NCBI GenBank assembly: GCA_903831635.1
Contig: CAIKYN010000414.1
Coordinates: 1 to 35,733 of the forward strand
Source of the DNA: an uncultured Spartobacteria bacterium
GTDB taxonomy: Bacteria > Verrucomicrobiota > Verrucomicrobiia > Chthoniobacterales > UBA6821
Direction: 5' to 3'
Length of the DNA: 35,733 nucleotides
Positions 15,859 to 23,855 of the stretch are shown here, piece after piece. The stretch's first letter is position 1, and each line of letters starts with the position of its first letter. The notes beneath the pieces are model-generated. The model worked only from the letters and a program-made list of their open reading frames with translations. It searched no databases and was not told where the DNA came from. Position numbers and translations under genes: made by a program.

Positions 15859-16749
15859 TCACATGCCGTCGTTGTCGTCATCTCCCTCTCCGTCACCATC
15901 CTCGTCCAGATCCTCGGCAATCAGGGAAATCGCCTCGGCAATGCCTGAGACAACGCGGTCGGCAAGGCCATTCTCCACGGCCTGCTCCCCGTCGAACCAT
16001 TGCCCCTGCATGGTGGCGTCACTGATCGTGCGACCCGTGGCTTCCAAACGATTTGCCAGGACTGCGGAAGTGAATCGGCTGTTTGCCCGGTTCACTCCAT
16101 CCTGCAAGAAAGCACGCTCGGCGTCGGTAAAGGATTTCCCTTCCAGCCCGATGGCTTTCAGAGATCCGGCTTTGAAAAGTTCGAGCTTGAGCCCCTCCAT
16201 CTCGTAGGCACGCGAGCTGTCGATCATGGCCAGATAGGTGCCGATCGATCCGACATCACTCGATCCGGTCACAAAAATCCCGGCGGTCGCAGCACTAGCA
16301 AGCCAGTAGGCAGCCGAGCACATCTGTGAATCCGTGAAGGCGTAGAGTGGCTTGGTGGTCTGGCCAAGCGCGGCTGCCGCCTCGGGGGTGCCGGTCACCA
16401 TGCCGCCGGGGGAGTTCACATCGAGCAAGATGCTGGTCACCGAAGGATCCATGTCAGCTTTCATGACGGAATTCACCAAGACATCGACATCCGCCCCACC
16501 GCACATCATCTCAAGCATGTTAAGACGCTTCCCGATGACGCCATTCACCGGGACGATGGCGACGCCATCCTGCACGTCGTATCCTTTCTGCTCCATGTCA
16601 TCCTGGTCGCCGTCGTTTTCGACCGTCAGGAAAGAACTGATCGGCTGGGTCTGATGCGCCTCAAAGAGCGACTGGAGTCGGCGGTGAGACTCGGGAAGGA
16701 TGTGCCACGGCGTGGCGTAGAGACGGGTGGCGATGCGTGCAAGCTTCAT
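15859..16749 (-). CDS. Head maturation protease, S49 (SppA/ClpP-fold) family, lambda gpC-like
   Basis: ORF track, 296 aa. Motifs ...LLDVNSPGG..., ...DSQMCSAAYWLASA..., ...GSIG... are typical of S49 peptidases. Acidic C-terminal tail. Lies immediately downstream of the portal block. Confidence 0.85.
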   Translation of the reverse strand: MKLARIATRLYATPWHILPESHRRLQSLFEAHQTQPISSFLTVENDGDQDDMEQKGYDVQDGVAIVPVNGVIGKRLNMLEMMCGGADVDVLVNSVMKADMDPSVTSILLDVNSPGGMVTGTPEAAAALGQTTKPLYAFTDSQMCSAAYWLASAATAGIFVTGSSDVGSIGTYLAMIDSSRAYEMEGLKLELFKAGSLKAIGLEGKSFTDAERAFLQDGVNRANSRFTSAVLANRLEATGRTISDATMQGQWFDGEQAVENGLADRVVSGIAEAISLIAEDLDEDGDGEGDDDNDGM

Positions 16750-16780
16750 CCCCTCGGCGGGATGTCAAAGCGTGAAGGCA

Positions 16781-17044
16781 TTAGCCTTTTTTCAATTCTT
16801 TCTGACGGGCACGATATTCGACGACATTCTGACGGATTCGCATTTGCATGGAGTCGCGCCAGCTTCGGCGGGTTCCTTTTTTCCGCTCGTATGCACGAAG
16901 GTGCTCCAAGACGCTGCCACACCCTGAGACCTGCTTGTGACCTCCATCATGACAACTGGCCACCGTGATCGGGCTGCCATTCATGGTGCCGCGACTCAGT
17001 CCCACGTCCTCGAAGGCCCCGATCAGTGCGTTCAGATCTTCCAT
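16781..17044 (-). CDS. Small Cys/His-containing hypothetical protein
   Basis: ORF track, 87 aa (..SCHDGGHKQVSGCGS..). Lies between portal and protease. Function unknown. Confidence 0.45.
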   Translation of the reverse strand: MEDLNALIGAFEDVGLSRGTMNGSPITVASCHDGGHKQVSGCGSVLEHLRAYERKKGTRRSWRDSMQMRIRQNVVEYRARQKELKKG

Positions 17045-17049
17045 ACAAA

Positions 17050-18627
17050 TTAGGCTGCGGATGTTTGGTCGTCGGAGGTTTCAATCACCTCGGGGGGTTG
17101 CTGAACTTTCAACTCGGGGTAGAGGTCACTCATGGACAAGCCGCGACTCTCCATCTCCTTTTTCCTCCAAAGGGCAAAATCCATTTCGCGGGAAACCTCT
17201 TCCTTAGCGTCCTGACCTTTGAGATTGTAAAGACGCTCGGTCGAGATCAGACCGGTGCGGTGTTGCTCCAGATAGATGCGACCATCACGACCGAAGTCGC
17301 AGGTGATCTGCTCGGGAGGAACCCATGAGTGCGACCAGAATGCGGGATCCTGACACTTGCGGAGGCGTCCTGCCTTGATCTCCTTGGCAATGGTGTAGAC
17401 CCAATCCCGCGAGAGCCAGGTATCGACAAAGTTGGCCTGTTCACTGGCAATCCATGCCTGGGCATCGGCCAGCACATACCTGACCCCTGCTCCGCCAAAT
17501 TTGGCAATCGACCAACCGAGGGCGTCCGAAATTCCGAGGCCCCAGCAGCAATCGCGAATCAAGGAATTCTCAACGAACTCGACGCTGTTCGGGTGGGGCC
17601 GCTGATCGAGTAATGTCCTGATGTCGTAGCCAGGGGGAACCTCTTTGATCTCGCCACCCATGCCGAAGACTTCGCTCGTGCGAATGCTTTGCAGGTTGCC
17701 GTTGGTATCCGAGCCGACGACCTGATCGGTCTGATACTTGCCAGCCAAGGCGTCCATGATGCCGGGGGTCGCTTCCTTATCCGAGGAAGCAAGGTAATAG
17801 CCGATCTGGTTACTGAGCTTGATGCCCTGCATGACCGAGGCATTCAGCTCGGTGATGTCGATCAATTTATTAACTGCATGGGCAAGAGCCGAAACGCCAC
17901 GGAACTGGCCGGGGCTTTCCTGATTGCACAACCAGACGACATTCTCAGCACCGACCCGGGTGGTCTTGGAGAAATCGTCATCGAGGAAATAGAATGCCTG
18001 GGCGCGACCGAGGCGATCCACGGCGATGCCGTCGTTCATTTTCTTGTCGAGGGTTCCGATCGGTTCCCCCACCTGAGTGCCGGAATAGAGACGGCGAAGT
18101 GCTCCACCGCTCTGGCTCTCGCTAAAAACGATGGCGGCATCGCCGTCTTTCTTCTGAGTCAAATAAGCGAGACGCTGCATCTGGACTCCAGTGAGCCGAG
18201 CAGAAACGTCATAGGTGGAAGCGCTGCGGGCGCGGCGGTTGTACGCGGCGTCGGCCAGGGCATTCCATTCGCTGTCGCGGGTCGTGGCCTGCGGGGTAAA
18301 TCCGTTGCCCACGACCATGTTCGTAATCGAGGTGAGCAGGCGGCGGGCCAGACCCATGTTGGCCATGAGATAATGCACCTTGCGGGCGATCTCGCGGCGG
18401 GTCCAGACGTTGATCTCATCCCGTGGGGAAAGTGTGGGCCAGTAGATGTACCCCCTCTGCATGGAAGGGACGGCGGCGTCGTAACCATACGCGGCCTTGA
18501 TCCGGGCGGGGCCGGTGCCTCCGGTCGTCCCGTTCGGAACTGCAGGCATGCCGGTGGGGGTGGAGGGGATCTTCGGGAGACCGCGACGGGTCGTTTGCCG
18601 TGTCGGGCGGGATGTCTTCTTGGCCAT
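17050..18627 (-). CDS. Portal protein, lambda (gpB) family
   Basis: ORF track, 525 aa. N-terminal basic tail, then ...YDAAVPSMQRGYIYWPTLSPRDEINVWTRREIARKVHYLMANMGLARRLLTSITNMVVGNGFTPQ... resembles the lambda-type portal signature. Lies downstream of a GpA-type terminase. Confidence 0.85.
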   Translation of the reverse strand: MAKKTSRPTRQTTRRGLPKIPSTPTGMPAVPNGTTGGTGPARIKAAYGYDAAVPSMQRGYIYWPTLSPRDEINVWTRREIARKVHYLMANMGLARRLLTSITNMVVGNGFTPQATTRDSEWNALADAAYNRRARSASTYDVSARLTGVQMQRLAYLTQKKDGDAAIVFSESQSGGALRRLYSGTQVGEPIGTLDKKMNDGIAVDRLGRAQAFYFLDDDFSKTTRVGAENVVWLCNQESPGQFRGVSALAHAVNKLIDITELNASVMQGIKLSNQIGYYLASSDKEATPGIMDALAGKYQTDQVVGSDTNGNLQSIRTSEVFGMGGEIKEVPPGYDIRTLLDQRPHPNSVEFVENSLIRDCCWGLGISDALGWSIAKFGGAGVRYVLADAQAWIASEQANFVDTWLSRDWVYTIAKEIKAGRLRKCQDPAFWSHSWVPPEQITCDFGRDGRIYLEQHRTGLISTERLYNLKGQDAKEEVSREMDFALWRKKEMESRGLSMSDLYPELKVQQPPEVIETSDDQTSAA

Positions 18628-18633
18628 AAAAAA

Positions 18634-18960
18634 CTAGGTTCGGACGAGTCGGTGACTGAAGTCGGCAATGACGGGTCCGGGCACTGCCGCAAGCTTGCTA
18701 TCTCCTGTCACTCCGGTGACAGCGGCCTCCATGAGGAGCTTCTCGACGGCGTAACCGATGACGCTCTTCGGGAACGTCACCTCACCCGAGGAATGCACGC
18801 CATCATTCCCCAATGTGGTCACTGTCACTTCCTCGGTCGCTTGCTGAAAAATCGTGTCAGCCAGGGCGGTCAACTGATTTACCGTCTGAGTCCTGCGGAG
18901 GTAGCGGGTGCAGTAGGTGACCTGTCCGTAATTATTAAGAGCCGAATAGTTCAGTGACAT
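18634..18960 (-). CDS. Hypothetical protein in the lambda gpW position (between terL and portal)
   Basis: ORF track, 108 aa. Preceded by structured element B and CTTTTGACAT-CCCCCTAGGGG 16 nt upstream. Confidence 0.5.
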   Translation of the reverse strand: MSLNYSALNNYGQVTYCTRYLRRTQTVNQLTALADTIFQQATEEVTVTTLGNDGVHSSGEVTFPKSVIGYAVEKLLMEAAVTGVTGDSKLAAVPGPVIADFSHRLVRT

Positions 18961-19100
18961 CGCTCCCCTAGGGGGATGTCAAAAGGCCGCTGGGAAGCGG
19001 GCTTAGTCATTCGAGGCATAGGCCGAGAAGTCCCGAGATCAGCAGATCGAGGGATGCCTGATCCGGGAGGATCGGCAGACAAAACCTTGGCACATGCCAA
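18961..19100 (-). repeat. Structured intergenic element, copy B
   Basis: An 82-nt block is ~89% identical to copy A by hand alignment. Same hairpin series, with the terminator-like hairpin built from a different stem sequence. Confidence 0.7.
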
Positions 19101-20882
19101 TTACTTTTTGGCGATCCAATGGGAGAGCACCGCCAGTTTCACGCAGTCGCCGTAGTGATCCTCGCGGATTTCTTTCCAATACTTTGTAGTCCCCCTCGGG
19201 GTGCGGGTCTCGAGTAACTGCTGTCCGGTGAGCCCATGGATGAGGGCAGCCGGTGCGTCGTCCGGTAGATGCAGGAGCGGGGCGAGTCGTTTCTCGATTT
19301 TCTCTAAATAGAGGCTGAGTTTCAGCGTGTAATCAACGTAGGTATGCAACACGAGGCCACGGTGGGTTTTCACCTGCGAGGTGCTCCAGGTGCCGAAGGA
19401 AGCGACGGAGCCCTTTGACGGCCAGAGCTTCCCCCGGCTGCGGACGCAAAGATCATATAGGCGGTCCGTTTGCCACCCTGAATCGACGATGCCGAAACCA
19501 ATGGGCCAGTCGGAGTCGCCGGTGCCCTTGTAGGTCTTCCCATTCAGGATGGGGAGGAGGTCTTCGGGAGCGAGGACGGTGCCGCAATCGATGACGGCGA
19601 TCTCCCCGTCGCGGGCCACCGCTGAGACGACCCAATGGGTCTGATCTTGTCCCGGATCTGCTGTGAGGACGAGGAATCCGAATTTCTCCAAAAGAAACGG
19701 GGGAATCTGACCGAGGCGGTATTCCTTGCACCGCAAGGCGTGAATTTTCTCTTCCTTCACATTCACCGTGCTCTCCTGATGCGGGAGTGCCATCCATCCA
19801 TTATTGTAATCCTGAAGGCCGAACAGATCGATGGACTCTAGGAATCGGACGGCAAGATTTCCAAAAGAACACTGAACGTCGGGAGAATAGAATGAATTCA
19901 GATGGTAAGACCGGCGTCCATAGGGGGCGGAAGGGTTGCGAGCGATCCATAGAGCTCCTTTTTTGTCCGCTTCCTTGAGGCTTGATCCCCGTTCGTGCCA
20001 TTGCTCAGGAGTCAACATCATGGCGGGCTTGTGATGGTCGCGAATCTGAAACTCACAATGGGGGCAGCGGTAGTGGGCGGACTGACGGACTTTCTCCTTG
20101 TCCCAGATGCCGTCCTTTCCTTTGGCTTCGGGATCCCAGATCAGGGTCTTATTCTCACCCTGTCCATGCTCAAAGGTGAACCGGCCTCCGCACTCGGGGC
20201 ATGGCACCTCAAAGTACCTCTGGTCTCCGGCTTGAAAATCCAACCAGAATTCGTGCTCGGCAGTGGTGGGTGTGGACATCTTGACCCGAAGGGATCGGGA
20301 GAAGGTCTTGGTGCGTTGTTCGGCGAGCTTCATAGCGCTCGATTCATCGGTCGAGGCACGGGCAAATTTGCAGCACTCATCGAGAATCAGCGTCTGGACG
20401 GGGCGGGATGCCAAGTTTGCGGGACTATTCGACCCGACCACGGTGGTCGTCTGGCGGGCAAACTGCATCTCGAGCGCCTTCATGAGGTCTTTATTTTCAG
20501 GCATGTGCGCGGAGAGGGCGGGATTGTCCTCGATCAGCGGGATCCAGCGGGTCTGACTCCATGAACGGCCAAGGGCCTCGGTCGGCATGACGACCAATGT
20601 GGGAGATGGGTCATTCACGAGCTTGTAGGCCATGCCCATCATGGAAACGGTGGTTTTCGCACACTGGGATCCCCAGCAGAGCGTGAGGTCGGTGCATCCG
20701 CTCTCGGGGTGGAACTGTTGAAGCGGCTCGCGCATGTAGGGCCGCAGGAGGGTGGAGAATCGACCGGGTTGATTCGGCGAGACGCGGGGGGAGAACTCAA
20801 TGTTCTCTTCACACCACGCGACAGGATCGGGCAACTCAGGCAGACTGAGATCCCCAAGGAACTCTCCCAAGAGATCGGTCAT
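19101..20882 (-). CDS. terL: Terminase large subunit, GpA (lambda A) family
   Basis: ORF-track frame 19101..21191. Start moved to ATG 20882-20880 (MTDLLGEFLGDLSLPELPDPVAWCEENIEF...), which forms an ATGA overlap with the terS stop. ...PGRFSTLLRPYMREPLQQF..., ...PTLVVMPTEALGRSW... and the CPECGG...RCPHCEF zinc motif fit GpA terminases. Confidence 0.9.
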   Translation of the reverse strand: MTDLLGEFLGDLSLPELPDPVAWCEENIEFSPRVSPNQPGRFSTLLRPYMREPLQQFHPESGCTDLTLCWGSQCAKTTVSMMGMAYKLVNDPSPTLVVMPTEALGRSWSQTRWIPLIEDNPALSAHMPENKDLMKALEMQFARQTTTVVGSNSPANLASRPVQTLILDECCKFARASTDESSAMKLAEQRTKTFSRSLRVKMSTPTTAEHEFWLDFQAGDQRYFEVPCPECGGRFTFEHGQGENKTLIWDPEAKGKDGIWDKEKVRQSAHYRCPHCEFQIRDHHKPAMMLTPEQWHERGSSLKEADKKGALWIARNPSAPYGRRSYHLNSFYSPDVQCSFGNLAVRFLESIDLFGLQDYNNGWMALPHQESTVNVKEEKIHALRCKEYRLGQIPPFLLEKFGFLVLTADPGQDQTHWVVSAVARDGEIAVIDCGTVLAPEDLLPILNGKTYKGTGDSDWPIGFGIVDSGWQTDRLYDLCVRSRGKLWPSKGSVASFGTWSTSQVKTHRGLVLHTYVDYTLKLSLYLEKIEKRLAPLLHLPDDAPAALIHGLTGQQLLETRTPRGTTKYWKEIREDHYGDCVKLAVLSHWIAKK

Positions 20883-21529
20883 GCAGGGATCGGATCTGAG
20901 GTGTCGTACTTGCTGAACTCTTTCTCGACGGCGGCCAGCTGGGGCGTGAAGCGGCTGCGCAGCCATTCCTGACATGCCTGGATGCCAAAAGCGGGGTCGA
21001 AACTGTTTGCCCGGGGGCCAACCTCGGAAGGCATGTTGGCCAAGACTGCTCGTATCGGTTGGATGAACCGACGGCGTAGATCGGCGATCTGGGAAGCAGG
21101 GACGAGACGACCGGCGGCGATCTCGGCGGTCTCTCTGGCTCGCTTGCTTTTGCGATAGCTCTCCTGGGCGTCTTTTTCGGCACGGCTCCATTGCGTTGCG
21201 TTGATGTCTCGGGAAGCCAGAAGTTCTCCATAGGTGGCGGCGACGCTTTGCCAGAACTGATAGGCTTCCCTTTCCATGCGACGGGCCTTTTCCAGATCGT
21301 CTCCACTATCCTCGAAGGGAGCCACCGGCGTTGCGTTGAGCGATTCGCAAGGGGAAATTTGACGTACAGGGGCGGCAGAGGTGCGGACGGCGGTGTTGGC
21401 CTGACGGGAAAGGAACTCAAGAAAAAGCGGATCCCGGCGCTGACGATGAAGCTGGGCCGTTCGCAGGGAGATATTTCTGGCCGAGGCATAAGCCTTCACA
21501 AGCAGGTGCTGGTCTCTTCCGTGTCGCAT
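20879..21529 (-). CDS. terS: Terminase small subunit
   Basis: ORF track, 216 aa. N-terminal HTH-like ...AYASARNISLRTAQLHRQR... Translationally coupled to terL. The overlapping 217-aa ORF in another frame is rejected. Confidence 0.7.
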   Translation of the reverse strand: MRHGRDQHLLVKAYASARNISLRTAQLHRQRRDPLFLEFLSRQANTAVRTSAAPVRQISPCESLNATPVAPFEDSGDDLEKARRMEREAYQFWQSVAATYGELLASRDINATQWSRAEKDAQESYRKSKRARETAEIAAGRLVPASQIADLRRRFIQPIRAVLANMPSEVGPRANSFDPAFGIQACQEWLRSRFTPQLAAVEKEFSKYDTSDPIPA

Positions 21530-21536
21530 TCATCGT

Positions 21537-21594
21537 TTGCGTCATGTCAAAGAAAACGCAAGGGCATGGCACATGACGCAATGAGTGCGTCATG
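21537..21594 (-). promoter_or_regulatory. Alternative-hairpin leader upstream of terS (three copies of CATGACGCA/TGCGTCATG)
   Basis: Plus strand: TTGCGTCATG 21537-21546, CATGACGCAA 21572-21581, TGCGTCATG 21586-21594. The middle arm can pair with either neighbour (10 bp or 9 bp). Confidence 0.55.
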
Positions 21595-21833
21595 GCGGTG
21601 CGTCGGGAAAAATGCGTCTTTGCTCCGTTTTACAGTGGGAGACCCAATCAAGGCGACAATCCAAAGCAAAAAATAGATTCCCTTGCAACAAATTTTCCGC
21701 ATGACGCCTAATGTTTGAAGCGTTTGCCAATCACCCCAGATGCTGGTGGTGCAGGTCATCTGCGCTTTCACCCGCCCTCCATACCATATTAATTTTTCAG
21801 CGTTTCAAAAAATCACCATTGTTTCCCACCTTT

Positions 21834-22026
21834 ACCTGCATTACCTGCACTTCTTCTCTCTTAAAGAATTGTAGATAAGAGAAATAAACCCAGTGCCGGT
21901 GACGCCAAAGATTGCCACCATAGGTGCAGGTGACCTGCACTTCGGCGCGCCCATACCCATTTCATCCTGCAAACCCCGCCCCTTTATTTTCAATTCTCAC
22001 CAACATAGTGCCGGTGACCTGCACTT
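21834..22026. repeat. Iteron / palindrome cluster (candidate cos/terminase recognition region or replication origin)
   Basis: GTGCAGGTGACCTGCACTT at 21924-21942 and GTGCCGGTGACCTGCACTT at 22008-22026 (18 of 19 nt identical, 84 bp apart). ACCTGCACTT also at 21843-21852, ACCTGCA at 21834-21840, GTGCCGGTGAC at 21893-21903. 21924-21940 is a perfect palindrome GTGCAGGT-G-ACCTGCAC. AT-rich tracts lie between the repeats. Confidence 0.8.
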
Positions 22027-22081
22027 GTGATCGACCAAAAAGGGCGCGGGAACGCAGAGCATGACGCCGAACTCAGGACAC

Positions 22082-22117
22082 AAAAAAGCCCGATGTCAGC
22101 ACATGCCGAAATCGGGC
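22082..22117 (-). terminator. Rho-independent terminator at the end of the early/replication operon
   Basis: Minus strand: GCCCGAU-[16 nt]-AUCGGGC followed by UUUUUU (22087-22082), 34 nt after the stop of the SF3 ATPase gene. Confidence 0.65.
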
Positions 22118-22150
22118 CTTGTTGTGATGTAAGGAAAGATCAGTTAGCGA

Positions 22151-23254
22151 TCACGCCACCCTGTAGAGTCGAGCATTTCGGTTTCCCACCCGCTCGAACT
22201 TCACCGATGCCCGAGGCGATTCAAAGCGAAAGACGCGCCCATTGTACCCTGCAAAGAGCTTCCCCATGCGGCTGCGGGACTTGGGATAAATCTCAAACTC
22301 CCTGGACTCCTTATCGATCTTCCCGGCGATACCATCCTCGAACAGATTCTCATTCCTACAGATCCAGATCAGATCATCGAAAGAAATCCCCTCCCGCACT
22401 GGGAACTCAATCGCATCGCGGAAATACCCCGCTGCGAGCTTCTCCACCAGCGTCTTCATGTCAATACCGTCAGGATCACCGAAATCATCGGCATCCGGGC
22501 GGCGAAGCGGCGATCCGAATCCCGCATGTTCCACGATCCCACCGATCACCCGACTCCAGTCCTCGAACCCCACCAACCTACCCGACCCCACCGGACGGCC
22601 TGCCGCATCCCAGGCATGAATGAGCGACCAGAGCGCCGACAAGATCGACTGCCTCACCTCCGGGCGTTCCAGATACTCATCACCGATCGGGTTCTTAATC
22701 TCACGGGCCTGCGGATCCGCCTCAAGGTTGAAGAGATCCACGAAGAGCATACGCCCAGCCACGTCAGGAGAGACCTCGCATTGATTCGACGTGAACATCA
22801 CCATGATCTGCTTCCGAATCTCGAATGTCTTGTTTCCACCCATCCGACGACCGGCATGAACGGATGATGTCGCAAACTGCTCAATGGCAGCCCCCTCCAG
22901 CTTCGTCTTCGCATTGTCGAAGATCAGACTCGGATATCCCGACAGCACCGCCGAATCGAGCACCTTGGACACCTCCTCCTTCTCTTCTGGGAATGTCTGC
23001 ATCTTTGCGTACCCAGCCACGGGAATCTCCACGATCTTGGCAAGAAGCGACTTTCCAGACCGGCTGGAGTTTGCATTCCAGCAGAAATACGGGATCTGAG
23101 CCGACTTCGGCAGCAACGTGAATCCAAACCTACTCACCATCGCCGCAATCTGGACGGAGAGCGACCGACCCCCATCATCGGCAAATGGAAACTCCGATAG
23201 CAGATCCCGAAGGAATTTCGTCGCCAAAGGCAACGGAACAAGATCGTAAATCAT
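22151..23254 (-). CDS. SF3 (D5/P4-type) helicase ATPase domain protein
   Basis: ORF-track frame 22151..23302. Start moved to ATG 23254 (ATGA overlap with the upstream stop). ...LRDLLSEFPFADDGGRSL... then Walker A NSSRSGKS and Walker B SLIFDNA. This is the layout of D5_N + SF3 helicase proteins of phages and plasmids. Confidence 0.75.
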   Translation of the reverse strand: MIYDLVPLPLATKFLRDLLSEFPFADDGGRSLSVQIAAMVSRFGFTLLPKSAQIPYFCWNANSSRSGKSLLAKIVEIPVAGYAKMQTFPEEKEEVSKVLDSAVLSGYPSLIFDNAKTKLEGAAIEQFATSSVHAGRRMGGNKTFEIRKQIMVMFTSNQCEVSPDVAGRMLFVDLFNLEADPQAREIKNPIGDEYLERPEVRQSILSALWSLIHAWDAAGRPVGSGRLVGFEDWSRVIGGIVEHAGFGSPLRRPDADDFGDPDGIDMKTLVEKLAAGYFRDAIEFPVREGISFDDLIWICRNENLFEDGIAGKIDKESREFEIYPKSRSRMGKLFAGYNGRVFRFESPRASVKFERVGNRNARLYRVA

Positions 23255-23850
23255 TTGCCCTCCTTGAGCTTTTGGATCTCGTCGCGGAGATAGCGGAGGC
23301 AATGCAATAGATCGTCATTTTCACCAGCGTTTTCACATAGAACGAGGTGATATTCGAAAATATCCAGCGGCATCTCCTGCTTTGGCTCAACTACTAATTT
23401 ACTACTATTTTTTTTACGATTAGTAGTTGGCAACGGGCGGCGGGTGCGGATTCTTCCTGAAGTTTGAATTTTTTCGCCAACCCAAAGACTAAGAGCAGGA
23501 ACCCACCCTGCCATTGGTGAATTATACTGGTCGTCAGCTTCTATGATTTCCCCTTTTTCTTTTATGCGCCATTCTAGTTTAGGGCATATAGTTTCGTAGG
23601 GATGAAGCGTGTGCTTAGAATGAGGTTGACCGCAATCCTTGCATACCCTCTTGGTGACAGGTTTCTCTGGCGCGGTGCCTAGCGCGGCTATAATTCTGTT
23701 CCGCATCTCGCTTGCTGTGGATCTTGCCGCCCCTACCCTTGAATGCAGGGCCATAAATGACGCGCATTCGTCGAGAAGCTCCCTGAGCCTTGCGACCTCG
23801 TTGTCTGGACTTTTAGGTTCCTTGGGGAACTGGCTATATATATTACTCAT
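23251..23850 (-). CDS. Hypothetical protein (shares the NEVARLRELL motif with the upstream gene)
   Basis: ORF track, 199 aa. AT-rich relative to its neighbours. CKDCG...H..H Cys/His cluster. Confidence 0.5.
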   Translation of the reverse strand: MSNIYSQFPKEPKSPDNEVARLRELLDECASFMALHSRVGAARSTASEMRNRIIAALGTAPEKPVTKRVCKDCGQPHSKHTLHPYETICPKLEWRIKEKGEIIEADDQYNSPMAGWVPALSLWVGEKIQTSGRIRTRRPLPTTNRKKNSSKLVVEPKQEMPLDIFEYHLVLCENAGENDDLLHCLRYLRDEIQKLKEGK

Positions 23851-23855
23851 GGTCT

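Noticed and set aside
17689-18957. Long plus-strand ORFs antisense to clear minus-strand genes. Examples are the 422-aa ORF here, plus 14233..15066, 5373..6191, 8664..9566, 4546..5422, 12271..12930 and 19995..20564.
   Set aside because: They lie opposite genes with strong family signatures (portal, capsid, tape measure, terminase). Their composition is Arg/Gly/His-rich and low-complexity, typical of shadow frames in GC-rich DNA. They lack coupled starts.
20883-21191. 103-codon N-terminal extension of the terL ORF (track start 21191), and the 217-aa ORF 20836..21489.
   Set aside because: Both overlap terS in other frames and are Arg/Pro-rich. The GpA-type homology starts at MTDLLGEF..., whose ATG forms an ATGA junction with the terS stop.
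21547-21771. 74-aa minus-strand ORF in the terS upstream region.
   Set aside because: It has no SD or coupling and its composition is Cys/Trp-rich. It overlaps the CATGACGCA hairpin arms, so the region is more likely regulatory DNA/RNA.
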